Shown here: piece by piece, positions 1 through 8,890 of the stretch
Numbering within the stretch: the stretch's first letter is position 1
How the letters are laid out: every line of letters begins with the position of its first letter
Virus record (IMG/VR): IMGVR_UViG_3300015360_000024
Span: 96,001 to 160,000 of that record
Reading direction: 5' to 3' (one strand)
DNA from: a virus
Length of the DNA: 64,000 bases
The notes under the pieces: generated by a model
Database searches by the model: none
What the model was told of the DNA's origin: nothing
The model's input: the letters and a program-made list of their open reading frames with translations, nothing else
Program-made: the position numbers and the translations under genes

Positions 1-1
1 G

Positions 2-1525
2 TTGATGAACAAGGTCTGCTGGGTCGACAGCCCGGACAAGACCGTTCAGGCGATCCTGGAAGACCTTCTATGGAAGAGACTTCGCGTTGACGAAGAGGTC
101 TGGGAGATCTGCCGTACTCTCGTCAAGTACGGCAACGACTACGAAGAGCTTCTCGTCACTGGAGACGGTCTCGTAGGAATGAACTTCCTACCTCCGCCAA
201 CAATGCGTCGCATTGAAGGTCGTCGAGGCGAGCTGTTTGGCTTCGTCCAGGACTACAAGGGTCGCTTCGGATACAGCCCAGAGGAATTCAAGCAGCTCCT
301 CGCGCAGCGCGCGTCAGGCAGTAACAATCCTCAGTACAAGTACGCCGCACTTGAGGACTGGGAAGTTGTCCACTATCGACTCCGCTCGAAGCATCGCCGC
401 TCGATCTATGGCTACTCAGTTCTTGAGCCAGCTCGCTGGATCTGGAAGCGCCTCATGCTTCTTGAGGATGCTGCGATGGTGTACCGGCTGCAGCGCGCTC
501 CACAGCGCTACGCATTCTACATTGACGTTGGTGACATGCCGCCGAAGGAAGCGATGGGCTTCCTTCACAAGATGCGGCAGCAGTACAAGAAGACGAAGTT
601 CTACAACCCGCAGACCGGCAAACTCGATCTCAAGTACAACCCGCTCTCGCAGGACGAGGACTTCTTTGTTCCTGTCCGCAAGGGTGTTCAGGCAACGAAG
701 ATCGACGTCGTGGGCTCGCCGTCCTGGCAGCACATGGAGGACATCGAGTACTTCAAGCTGAAGCTCTATGCTGCGATAAAAGTGCCCAAGGTCTACCTCG
801 GATCCGAGGCCCCTCGCGCCAAGGGCGTGCTTTCGCAAGAGGATGTGCGCTTCGCCAGAACCGTCCTGCGTATTCAACGCGAAGTGAGGAACGGTCTGAA
901 GAAGAAGTGCCGTATCCACCTCGCGGCCCTCGGTATTGATCCATCGAAGGTCGACTTCGAGGTCTACATGACGACCCCGAGTTCGATCTTCGAGCTGGCT
1001 CAGCTTGAGGTTCGAAACGCGAAGGCGGACTTCGCGGGACGCATGAGTCAGTTCGTGTCACTGCACTGGATTCTCCAGAAGGTGTTTGGACTTAGCGACG
1101 AAGAGATCGAGTACATCATCAAGGAGCGCCACCAAGAGCAGCTCGCCGATGCTGAGATCCAGGCCAAGGCGATGGGTCTCAATATGGACGTTCAAAACAA
1201 GTCAGCACTGCAGCAGCAGGCGGCACAAACACATCTTCAGCAGCAGCAGGCCGCGCAAGTCCAGCCGGGCACGCAAGCAGCAGAAGACCTGCGCAAACAC
1301 ATTCGCTCCGTGGGCAGTCTGTCCTCTATGTGGCCACAAATGAGACAGCGCCTTGGATATCGCCAGATATCCGAACAAGAGTTATTCCATGGCAATCGCG
1401 AGCACGAGAAATTGGTTGGCGACAATCTCGAAAAGATCCTCGCGTCGAACACAGGATTGGCCAGGAGACTCGATGAGTTGGGTCAGCTCGTTGAGGAACT
1501 GAGGCATAGTATGCCTGGCAGGTAA
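2..1525 (+). CDS. gp20: Portal protein, T4 gp20-like (5' end truncated by the window edge)
   Basis: YRLQRAPQRYAFYIDVGDMP...DEDFFVP...MEDIEYFKLKLYAAIKVPK matches the T4 gp20 YRITRAP.R..YVDTGNMP / MEDI.WF...LY.AL.VP motifs; lies upstream of the protease and capsid genes. Confidence 0.93.
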   Translation: MMNKVCWVDSPDKTVQAILEDLLWKRLRVDEEVWEICRTLVKYGNDYEELLVTGDGLVGMNFLPPPTMRRIEGRRGELFGFVQDYKGRFGYSPEEFKQLLAQRASGSNNPQYKYAALEDWEVVHYRLRSKHRRSIYGYSVLEPARWIWKRLMLLEDAAMVYRLQRAPQRYAFYIDVGDMPPKEAMGFLHKMRQQYKKTKFYNPQTGKLDLKYNPLSQDEDFFVPVRKGVQATKIDVVGSPSWQHMEDIEYFKLKLYAAIKVPKVYLGSEAPRAKGVLSQEDVRFARTVLRIQREVRNGLKKKCRIHLAALGIDPSKVDFEVYMTTPSSIFELAQLEVRNAKADFAGRMSQFVSLHWILQKVFGLSDEEIEYIIKERHQEQLADAEIQAKAMGLNMDVQNKSALQQQAAQTHLQQQQAAQVQPGTQAAEDLRKHIRSVGSLSSMWPQMRQRLGYRQISEQELFHGNREHEKLVGDNLEKILASNTGLARRLDELGQLVEELRHSMPGR

Positions 1526-1554
1526 ATCCATTTACTCAACGGATCTGCCATTGC

Positions 1555-1583
1555 TTGACACACGCGATCCTTTGCACCAGTAT
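1555..1583 (+). promoter_or_regulatory. Possible sigma70-type promoter (TTGACA-17 nt-CAGTAT)
   Basis: Perfect TTGACA in the gap after the portal; the -10 is weak; the same TTGACACACG 10-mer recurs at 19482. Confidence 0.3.
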
Positions 1584-1606
1584 CCGCTCAACAAAGGTCA
1601 GATCTG

Positions 1607-2560
1607 GTGGCAAAGAACCAAACCTCTGCGGCTCGGATTGTTTCCGTAGACGCAATCAAGACCCTCATTGAGGGCTCGCATGAGCATCTCGGTGTGGCTC
1701 TGGATGAGGCTCTACACAAGAGCCGCTCTGTCTTTGCTAAGGATAGTGAAGAGGTCACACGAATGGCGACGTTCAGCGATCGAATGATCGTTGGGACGTC
1801 GTCCGGTGATTACTTCAGTGTCAAGTTTGAGCACAACAATGGTGAACTGACACTTCTCTCTCCAGAGAAGGTTGATGTCCCGGTTGTTAGCTCTTCAAAT
1901 GCGACGAAGTCCGTCAAGGAGTTCTCTCTCAGTGCGGTTGATGCGTTGATGTCTGAGAGCAAGGACGCAGTCGGTAAGATTTTGGTTCTCGCAGATCTGC
2001 AGGAGCAACAGCAGGTGTCTGAAGCGCGCGACTACCCTGCGGAAGCGCAGGCTGCTGTGACTTCTGGACGGCCGTGGCGTGAAGCCCTCTCCACCCAGTG
2101 GAAGGAAATCAGCCGCCAAGTCGTCGACAGGCTTGAGTCAATTCGGGGTGCAGCCCTCGAAGCGAAGTACAAGCCGATGTACGAGACCGACGAGATCCCG
2201 GAAGAGAAGTTCGAGACGTACAGGGGCATGGCCGAGAGCGATCTCGGGGTGCTTGCAGAGCGTCTTCGTGCTCTTCATGAGGCCGTCGAAGCCGCGTACC
2301 TCCCATTCAAAGATTCCATCAGCAAGGATGAGTTGGACGAGTCTGAGGAAGACGTCCTGTCTCATTTTTGCTTCTTCTCTGAGGATCTAATCTCAGATCT
2401 TGCGGAGATCCGGTCGTTGGTTGCCGACACGATCGAAAACGAGCAGTGTGTTATGTGCCTTGGGCAGGTCTACGACACCATCGCTGAGTCGCTAACGGAC
2501 TGTGAGATTGCCGGAAGCTTCGTCCAGCGTATGGCTGGCGCACTCGACGATGCGGCGTAG
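1607..2560 (+). CDS. Acidic hypothetical protein, putative prohead core / internal head protein
   Basis: 317-aa ORF between portal and protease; helical, acidic, several hydrophobic-x-E-S motifs; function inferred from position only. Confidence 0.6.
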   Translation: MAKNQTSAARIVSVDAIKTLIEGSHEHLGVALDEALHKSRSVFAKDSEEVTRMATFSDRMIVGTSSGDYFSVKFEHNNGELTLLSPEKVDVPVVSSSNATKSVKEFSLSAVDALMSESKDAVGKILVLADLQEQQQVSEARDYPAEAQAAVTSGRPWREALSTQWKEISRQVVDRLESIRGAALEAKYKPMYETDEIPEEKFETYRGMAESDLGVLAERLRALHEAVEAAYLPFKDSISKDELDESEEDVLSHFCFFSEDLISDLAEIRSLVADTIENEQCVMCLGQVYDTIAESLTDCEIAGSFVQRMAGALDDAA

Positions 2561-2595
2561 GGCCGGAAACCTCGACGGACTATAGGAGAAGCCAA

Positions 2596-3615
2596 ATGAT
2601 TCACCGTTACCCAATCCAGCTCACGACCCTCGAAGAGGATTTCCGCGCCATCGGCCTTCTCCCCGCGAAGGACACGCAGGAGATCTCCGAGACCGACGAC
2701 TCGGCATCTCCGCGTGACATCCCGTCGCCGGATCCGAGCACGGCCGCCGGTAATGACGATAGCCAGGCTACGCCGGCTCGTCACAAGTACGCCAAGCAGC
2801 TCAAGCCGAAGCAGTCTCCAGACGACGGCAATGGTGAGTACGACATCGATTCCGATGGCGGCTCCCAGAAGGGCAAGGGCGGCGGATCGTACTCGCCTCC
2901 TCACGGCGGCAAGGAGTCCCGCGTCAAGTCCGAGGACGGTCACGTCAACGCTGGCTACAAGCTCCTCAAGAGCAAGATCATGAAGAACGTCAAGGACAAG
3001 GGTCAGGCTCCGGCCGTCGCCCAGGGCCGTGCGCCGGTCAAGAGCATCGCCGGCATGAAGAAGGAAGGCGCCAACCTCAGCCGCGCTGCTGAGCTGGTCA
3101 GCGAAGTTGAGGCCCTCCTCAATGGTTCGCAGATGGACGAGGAGTTCAACGGCCTTGTCCATGGCTTCAACCTCATCGGTGAGAACTGTTCGCTGTTGGC
3201 GAACCGCCTCGTCGACATCGCCGAGCACTACAACGTCGACAAGGCGATCTCTGCGATGGAGAGCCTCTACAACAACGCCATCGAGGCGGTTGGCATCCTT
3301 GAGGATACCGCGAAGGCCAAGGAAGACGAGGAAGACGAGGAAGATCTCGATCTGGAGTCCGTCAAGGACGCTTTCCGCCAGATGACGCTGACCCTCATGG
3401 ACGCCGTCGAAGCGTACGATGCCACCATCTCCGAGATGAAGAAGGACGATGATGACGACAAGGACGACGACGATGATTCGGATGACGACGACTCGGACGA
3501 CGATGACGATGATGACTCGGACGACGATGATGACGACTCGGACGACGACAAGGGTGGAATCGCCGCCCGCATGGCGAAGCTGAAGGCAGGCAAGAAGGGC
3601 CCTTTCGGCAAGTAG
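2596..3615 (+). CDS. Highly acidic putative prohead core/scaffold-type protein with an Asp-rich tail
   Basis: Good SD (TAGGAG); codon usage strongly biased to C/G endings like the capsid gene; position corresponds to the T4 prohead-core genes between portal and protease. Confidence 0.7.
   Translation: MIHRYPIQLTTLEEDFRAIGLLPAKDTQEISETDDSASPRDIPSPDPSTAAGNDDSQATPARHKYAKQLKPKQSPDDGNGEYDIDSDGGSQKGKGGGSYSPPHGGKESRVKSEDGHVNAGYKLLKSKIMKNVKDKGQAPAVAQGRAPVKSIAGMKKEGANLSRAAELVSEVEALLNGSQMDEEFNGLVHGFNLIGENCSLLANRLVDIAEHYNVDKAISAMESLYNNAIEAVGILEDTAKAKEDEEDEEDLDLESVKDAFRQMTLTLMDAVEAYDATISEMKKDDDDDKDDDDDSDDDDSDDDDDDDSDDDDDDSDDDKGGIAARMAKLKAGKKGPFGK
3445..3549 (+). repeat. GAC/GAT poly-Asp low-complexity tract with repeated (D)nS units
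   Basis: DDDDDKDDDDDSDDDDSDDDDDDDSDDDDDDSDDD read directly from the sequence. Confidence 0.9.
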
Positions 3616-3635
3616 GGCTCAAGACTGAGGAGCCC
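3600..3635 (+). other. Candidate -1 programmed frameshift signal: C CCT TTC heptamer, 8-nt spacer, GGGCTC/GAGCCC hairpin
   Basis: X XXY YYZ heptamer at 3600-3606, correctly phased, two sense codons before the TAG; hairpin 3615-3635; -1 frame open to 3842. Confidence 0.6.
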
Positions 3636-3842
3636 AGGGCCAGACGTACGGCCTATTCATCAGGACGCCGCGAGATGGCGTTTGGAATCGAACCCAGAGA
3701 CGGTCTAGGAGGAAAATCGACGAGGAACCCAAAGAGACGAAAAGCGCAGTCAGGACTCGGTTTCGAGTACGACGTCGGCTTTAAGTCTCCTTTGAGCGCC
3801 AGATCGGATTTTCGCGGGACCTTCAGGTGGCTGAGAAGATAA
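3606..3842 (+). CDS. Basic 78-aa -1-frame extension of the 2596 ORF (or an independent 55-aa ORF from ATG 3675); absent from the ORF track
   Basis: Manually translated RQVGLKTEEPRARR...GTFRWLRR*; its TAA (3840-3842) overlaps the protease ATG (TAATG coupling). Confidence 0.55.
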   Translation, partial: RQVGLKTEEPRARRTAYSSGRREMAFGIEPRDGLGGKSTRNPKRRKAQSGLGFEYDVGFKSPLSARSDFRGTFRWLRR

Positions 3843-5434
3843 TGAGCAAATCAAAACTACTCGTCGATACGCTGACCTTCAGGGCCACAACCCTGGAGGA
3901 GAGCAAGTCGGGTCCAGGCAAGTTCATTGCCAGGGGTGAGTTCGCTCGTTCGGATCGCGCCACCGAGAACAAGCGTCTCTACCCGGCCACGCTCTGGGAG
4001 CGTGAGATCGGTCGCCTCGCGAAGGCGATGAAGGAAATGAAGGTCTACGGCGAGCTGGACCATCCAATGGATGGACGCACCCAGCTCAAGCGCGTCAGCC
4101 ACATCATTTCCGACCTGCACATGGAAGGCGATGTCGTTGTCGGCACCGCTCACATCCTCGATACCGACGAGGGCCGCAACCTCAAGGCAATCATCGAGGC
4201 CGGTGGTGCAGTTGGTGTTTCGTCTCGTGGGTTCGGCACCACGAAGCCAAATCTCAAGGGCGAAGAAGTCGTTCAGGCGGACTACCGCTTGATGACGTTC
4301 GACTTCGTTGCTGAGCCCGCACAGCAGAGCGCGTACCCAGAAATCAACGTCGAGAGCGCTCCGGCGCCTCGCGCAGTGGAGGCAGCTTCTATGGATGAGA
4401 ACATGACCTGGGAAGAGTTCAAGGCGGCTCATCCGCAGCTTGCCGAGCACTTCACTGACGATGCTGAGCGCGAGTACGAGAAGCGTGCCGCCGAGATCTG
4501 GGCCAAGAAGATCCTTGGCGCCAAGCAGGAGGCGGCTACCAATCTTCGTGGCGAATTCGCCGAGAAGCTTGCGACTGCCGTTGCTGACGCCAAGAAGGAG
4601 ATGGAGAAGGCCGTCACTGAGCGCCTCACCAACGATCCTGCCGTTGCCGGCGCGAAGAAGACGCTTGCCGAGCTGAAGGATCTACTCCGTCCGTGGATCA
4701 TCCCAGCTGACGTTGAGTCGGTCGTCAAGGCGAAGGAAGAGGAAGTTGCGCAGCTGGAGTCCCAGCTGGCCGCCAAGGATCTGGAGATCGCGAATCTCAA
4801 GACCGAAGCCCTCAAGCTCGCCGCCATCGCCAAGGAAGCCGGCTACAGGTATCACCTGGAGCAGCGCCTCAACGACATTGGCCACGCGGACGAGATCCGC
4901 GCCATGGTCGGCGACGTCAAGCAGTTCAAGACCCTCAAGGAGTTGGACAAGCAGATCGTCGTGATCGCTGAGTCCATCATTGCCAGGGATTCCGAGGTCG
5001 CCAAGCGCGACACGGAGATGACTTCCCTCAAGGAAGAGGTTGCTCGCCAGAAGGAAATCGCCGAGAAGGCGCTGGAAGCGACCAAGCACCTCGCAGCCCA
5101 GGTCTACCTGGAGCAGCGCCTCGCAAATCACCCGAACCAGGAGTACGCACGTACCCTGACGGAGGCATCGCGCCCGTCGACCAAGGAAGAGGTCGACTCG
5201 CTGATGACTAAGACCCTGCCGAGGGCTTCGGTAAACGAAGACATCGAGGCCGCTCGCGCGCGAGTTCGTCAGTTGACGAACAGCAACACACGCGAGTATC
5301 TGCAGGAGCAGGAAGAGGGATCCCAGAGAGGCGCCAATAATGGTGCCGCTCGCGATTACAACGGGCTCGGAGCGAATCTCGATGAGATCCGTGCCCTATC
5401 GGGGCTGCCGGACAAGGGCACTCAGAGCAACTAG
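3842..5434 (+). CDS. gp21: Prohead protease (T4 gp21-like) fused to a long coiled-coil scaffold-like domain
   Basis: GELDHP...VSH...GVSSRGFG...FDFVAEPA matches gp21-family catalytic His/Ser motifs; the C-terminal ~350 aa is coiled coil. The track start is GTG 3827; I prefer ATG 3842 because of the TAATG overlap. Confidence 0.9.
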   Translation: MSKSKLLVDTLTFRATTLEESKSGPGKFIARGEFARSDRATENKRLYPATLWEREIGRLAKAMKEMKVYGELDHPMDGRTQLKRVSHIISDLHMEGDVVVGTAHILDTDEGRNLKAIIEAGGAVGVSSRGFGTTKPNLKGEEVVQADYRLMTFDFVAEPAQQSAYPEINVESAPAPRAVEAASMDENMTWEEFKAAHPQLAEHFTDDAEREYEKRAAEIWAKKILGAKQEAATNLRGEFAEKLATAVADAKKEMEKAVTERLTNDPAVAGAKKTLAELKDLLRPWIIPADVESVVKAKEEEVAQLESQLAAKDLEIANLKTEALKLAAIAKEAGYRYHLEQRLNDIGHADEIRAMVGDVKQFKTLKELDKQIVVIAESIIARDSEVAKRDTEMTSLKEEVARQKEIAEKALEATKHLAAQVYLEQRLANHPNQEYARTLTEASRPSTKEEVDSLMTKTLPRASVNEDIEAARARVRQLTNSNTREYLQEQEEGSQRGANNGAARDYNGLGANLDEIRALSGLPDKGTQSN

Positions 5435-5449
5435 AGCACGGAGGATTTT

Positions 5450-6931
5450 ATGGAAGCGAGACAGCTAATGTTGACTGAGAACCGGCGGTCGATTGCCGAC
5501 AAGGGGTTCATTCAGTCCCTCATTGGAAAATGGGGAGAACTTCTTGAGGGGATCGACAACCCCTACACCCGTGGTGTCACGGCGATGCTCATGGAAAATG
5601 AGTCGCAGTGGCTCCAGAACATGGAGGAGGAGACCAAGACGCTCAACGTCGGCTCCTTCACCAAGTTCATCTTTCCGGTTCTCCGGAGGGTGTTCCCGAA
5701 CCTGATCGCCAACGAGATCGTCTCGGTTCAGCCGATGACGGCCCCGATCGGCGCGGTGTTCTTCTTCGACTACAAGTACGGGTCGAACAAGGGCTCCACC
5801 CAGGCTGGCGCGGTGTTCCCGCGCGACTTCGATCGCGACTACTCCTCGGAGTTCGTGCGCGACGAGCAGCTGGCCCTCGGCGACGGCGCTGCCTACGGTG
5901 GTGCTGGCGCGGCTCTCGCGGCCGTTCTCTCGTGGACTCCGGTCCGCCCGCTGAACGCGTCGCTGGGCTTCTCGGTTCAGATCCTGGAACTCAACCCGAC
6001 CACGGGTGCGATCGTCCAGACTGGTACCGACAACGGCTCCGGTGGCTTCACCGGCGCCGTCACGGCCGGCGCGGTCAACTACGGCTCGGGTGCGGTCACG
6101 GCGTTCAAGTTCACGACGGCCCCCGTCCTGAACAACAAGATCGTCGCCCGTTACTTCTACGACGGCGAGCTGAACACCAAGATCCCGCAGGTCAACCTCG
6201 ACATCACCAAGCAGCCCATCGAAGCGATCCCGCGTCGCCTCAAGGCTCTTTGGTCGTCGGAAGCGGCCGAGGATCTGCGCGCGTTCCACGGTCTCGACGC
6301 AGAGACCGAGCTGGTCTCGGGTATCGCTCAGGAGATCGCTCTTGAGATCGACCGCGAGATCATCAACGACCTGTACGTGACGTCGGCCTCGGGCCGCACG
6401 GACACCTTCTCGCTCACGCCGCCCGCCGGCATCAGCGAGCTGGATCACCTCCGGTCGATGATCACCACGATCAGCAAGATCTCGAACTTCATCCACAAGG
6501 ACACCCTTCGCGCCCCCGCGAACTTCCTTGTGACGTCGCCCGAGGTCTCGGCTCGTCTGGCGCAGCTCACCACCCATGGCGACTTCCGTCCGCTCTGGGT
6601 CTCCGGTGGCGCGAGCCCGTACGGCCCGGCTGACATGCCGCGTCCTCTGACGCAGCACGGCCAGTTCGGTATCTACAAGGTCGGCACCCTCATGAACAAG
6701 TGGGTGGTCTACGAGGATCCGTTCTTCGAGTCGGACAAGATGCTTGTCGGTCTCAAGGGCGCGAGCTTCCTGGATGCCGGCTACGTGTGGGCGCCGTACA
6801 TCCCGCTGCAGGTCACGCCGACGTTCCTCGATCCGGCGGACTTCTCCTACCGTAAGGGTCTCCGTACCCGATACGGCAAGAAGGTTCTCCGTAGCGAGTA
6901 CTACGGCCGGATCACCTTCACGGGTCTCTAA
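5450..6931 (+). CDS. gp23: Major capsid protein, T4 gp23-like
   Basis: PNLIANEIVSVQPMTAP.G, RRLKALWSSEAAEDLRAFHGLDAETEL, EIDREII, GYVWAPYIPL, GLRTRYG motifs; strong SD (GGAGG); followed by a terminator. Confidence 0.97.
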   Translation: MEARQLMLTENRRSIADKGFIQSLIGKWGELLEGIDNPYTRGVTAMLMENESQWLQNMEEETKTLNVGSFTKFIFPVLRRVFPNLIANEIVSVQPMTAPIGAVFFFDYKYGSNKGSTQAGAVFPRDFDRDYSSEFVRDEQLALGDGAAYGGAGAALAAVLSWTPVRPLNASLGFSVQILELNPTTGAIVQTGTDNGSGGFTGAVTAGAVNYGSGAVTAFKFTTAPVLNNKIVARYFYDGELNTKIPQVNLDITKQPIEAIPRRLKALWSSEAAEDLRAFHGLDAETELVSGIAQEIALEIDREIINDLYVTSASGRTDTFSLTPPAGISELDHLRSMITTISKISNFIHKDTLRAPANFLVTSPEVSARLAQLTTHGDFRPLWVSGGASPYGPADMPRPLTQHGQFGIYKVGTLMNKWVVYEDPFFESDKMLVGLKGASFLDAGYVWAPYIPLQVTPTFLDPADFSYRKGLRTRYGKKVLRSEYYGRITFTGL

Positions 6932-6970
6932 GCAACAGCCCCAGTGATTGGGGCGCTGAGAGTTACACTG

Positions 6971-6999
6971 AGCCCAGGCTAACACCTGGGCTTTTTGTT
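6971..6999 (+). terminator. Rho-independent terminator after the capsid gene
   Basis: AGCCCAGG-CTAACA-CCTGGGCT followed by TTTTGTT. Confidence 0.85.
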
Positions 7000-7094
7000 T
7001 TTGTTATCATAGGTATGCCGCTTCTATTCTTTGGTTTTATACAATGGATAATGGCAGTAGCCTAGTGATGTTGATGCGTTACCCAAAGGAGACG

Positions 7095-7370
7095 ATGATG
7101 CCAGCCTTACCGGATGCTCTCGCGGAGAGAAGAATGTTTGGGCTCGATGTTACGGATTCAGATCCTCCGGGAAGGCACTCAAGGCCGCGCAACGGCATCA
7201 ACAGCGAACACGATGATATCGCTCATGACAGACAGGCGATAAACGAGATCGGTCTAATGGCCGACCGGATGAGTTCTCTGCTACAAGAGACTCGCAACAA
7301 TACCGTGGAGGCCGACGAACGCCTTCGCCGAGTTGAGGAAGACCTCAAGTTGATCGCCCTGGAGAAATGA
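7095..7370 (+). CDS. Hypothetical protein with a C-terminal coiled coil
   Basis: SD AAAGGAG before ATG 7095 (track start 7044); no recognisable family. Confidence 0.55.
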   Translation: MMPALPDALAERRMFGLDVTDSDPPGRHSRPRNGINSEHDDIAHDRQAINEIGLMADRMSSLLQETRNNTVEADERLRRVEEDLKLIALEK

Positions 7371-7371
7371 A

Positions 7372-7719
7372 ATGGCCAAGTATCAGAAGGTGAAGAATTG
7401 CGGTCCGGTTCCATACCCAGACCGTTCTGGCAAGTTCCTCTTGGACGGCGAGACCGCAGAGGGCGACGACTGGGAGCCGCTGGTGGCTCTTGGCTTCATC
7501 GTGAAGGTTGAGGAGGCTGCTGCTCCGGCGAAGGCAGATCCACCGAAGATCGAGGAGCCGAAGGCTGCTATCCTCCCAGAGGAAACTGCCAAGGGAGCAA
7601 GCGATGGCGAGATGCAGCGCAATGACGGAGGCGGAGTTGAAGAAGTGGATCCTCCGCCGGCTGGGTCAGCCAGTGACGAGGGTCTGTCTGGACGCGCTGC
7701 AACTAGACGACGCCGTTGA
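7372..7719 (+). CDS. Hypothetical protein: small N-terminal domain plus disordered tail
   Basis: SD GGAG; overlaps the 5' end of the neck gene. Confidence 0.6.
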   Translation: MAKYQKVKNCGPVPYPDRSGKFLLDGETAEGDDWEPLVALGFIVKVEEAAAPAKADPPKIEEPKAAILPEETAKGASDGEMQRNDGGGVEEVDPPPAGSASDEGLSGRAATRRRR

Positions 7720-8341
7720 GGAGGCGATCCGCTGGTTCGCCGCGAAGAAGGGTGTAGATCGCGACATCACCATGGACCTGTACGCAGGTCAGGTTGAGTA
7801 CAAGATGCCTGAGGACTGCGACATGGTTTGCGATGTCGCGTTTCAGGTGAATCCTCTCGATGTCTCGATGATCTTTGCGCCGTACAACATCGCGCAGGAC
7901 GAGAAGGTCCCGTACAGCGTGTTTACGGCCGGATCATCGGGTGGGCTTTACAGCTCGCTTCTGCAGTCCATGCAGTACGTCGAGATGGCCAAGAGGATGA
8001 TCAACGCCGAGAAGAACTGGTTGTACTTCCAGCACAAGAACACCCTTCTTCTGCTTCCAGATCCGAAGGGCGGCGGCAAGGTGTTCGTCGAGTACAAGAG
8101 CTGCTGCGCCAACATCGAACAGCTTCCTGAGAGAGATCAGCTCCTTGTCCGTCGATACGCCCTTGCTTGGGCGAAGCAGGACTTAGGGATCATCTACTCC
8201 AAGTACAGCACGTGGCCTACAGCCCAGGGCAACGTGTCGCTAAACGGCGATACGTTGATGGCGCAGGCAAGGGCTGAAATGGACAAGCTTGAGGATGAGA
8301 TCTACGAGAGCGCCAAGCCGATGGCGTTCTTCACCCAGTAA
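7604..8341 (+). CDS. gp13: Neck/head-completion protein, T4 gp13-like
   Basis: LKKWILRRLGQP...QLDDAVEEAIRWF resembles gp13 LKD.ILRRLGAP...Q..D.IQRAL; start reassigned from 7508 to ATG 7604 (SD AAGGGAG) or 7622. Confidence 0.85.
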   Translation: MARCSAMTEAELKKWILRRLGQPVTRVCLDALQLDDAVEEAIRWFAAKKGVDRDITMDLYAGQVEYKMPEDCDMVCDVAFQVNPLDVSMIFAPYNIAQDEKVPYSVFTAGSSGGLYSSLLQSMQYVEMAKRMINAEKNWLYFQHKNTLLLLPDPKGGGKVFVEYKSCCANIEQLPERDQLLVRRYALAWAKQDLGIIYSKYSTWPTAQGNVSLNGDTLMAQARAEMDKLEDEIYESAKPMAFFTQ

Positions 8342-8377
8342 CCGCAAGCCTGTGATATCTATCCCTAGCGATTATCC

Positions 8378-8881
8378 ATGGGTAAGGTTCTCGACGATAG
8401 CGAGCTTGAACTCTTCGACTGCATCAATCAGGACCTGATTGAGCTGACTGGCGAAGAGATCAATTACTACGCCCACGATGCGTCGAGCATCCCAAACCGC
8501 TCGAAGATAGATCCGCTTTACGGCGAGCCAACCGAACGCGTGATTAACGGTCCGAACCGAATCATGGCGGTGCTTAAGTATCCCGAATACGAGTTCCTTA
8601 CGGAAGAGACCGGATACAGCCGTGAGTGGGATGCCAAGGTAATTATCAGTCGAGCGCATCTCGACGAGAAGAACCTGCCATACCCATCCGAAGGCGACAT
8701 CATCGAGATGTGGCGGACGCCGTATCATGATCGTTGGTCGATGGGAAAAGGCTTGTTCTTTGATGTGACCAAGACAAAGAACGATGGCCACATCAATATG
8801 TCGCCAACGTTTACTCAGTTCGAACTCACCCTTAAGAGGCGCACGCAGTTCGGGGCGGAACGCCGGATCACCCCACCGTAG
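8378..8881 (+). CDS. gp14: Neck/head-closure protein, T4 gp14-like
   Basis: ELFDCINQDLIELTGEEINYY...DPLYGE resembles the gp14 N-terminus; follows the gp13-like gene. Confidence 0.7.
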   Translation: MGKVLDDSELELFDCINQDLIELTGEEINYYAHDASSIPNRSKIDPLYGEPTERVINGPNRIMAVLKYPEYEFLTEETGYSREWDAKVIISRAHLDEKNLPYPSEGDIIEMWRTPYHDRWSMGKGLFFDVTKTKNDGHINMSPTFTQFELTLKRRTQFGAERRITPP

Positions 8882-8890
8882 GAGATTCAG

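Noticed and set aside
3445-3549. Periodic GACGAT/GACTCG repeats as a CRISPR-like array
   Set aside because: They are in-frame Asp/Ser codons with no unique spacers.
3675-3700. Minus-strand GGGTTCGATTCC...CGCCA resembles a tRNA 3' end
   Set aside because: T-stem has mismatches and the distance to CCA is too short; the region is better explained by the + strand -1-frame ORF.
5465-6985. Long antisense ORF (506 aa) opposite the capsid gene, and similar shadow ORFs such as 43316-44320 and 2470-3228
   Set aside because: These are by-products of GC-rich codon bias; the translations are Arg/Gly-rich with no family motifs.
7095-7370. Possible paralogy with ORF 62423 (shared ETR.N and coiled coil)
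   Set aside because: Similarity is limited to a few residues in generic coiled-coil sequence.
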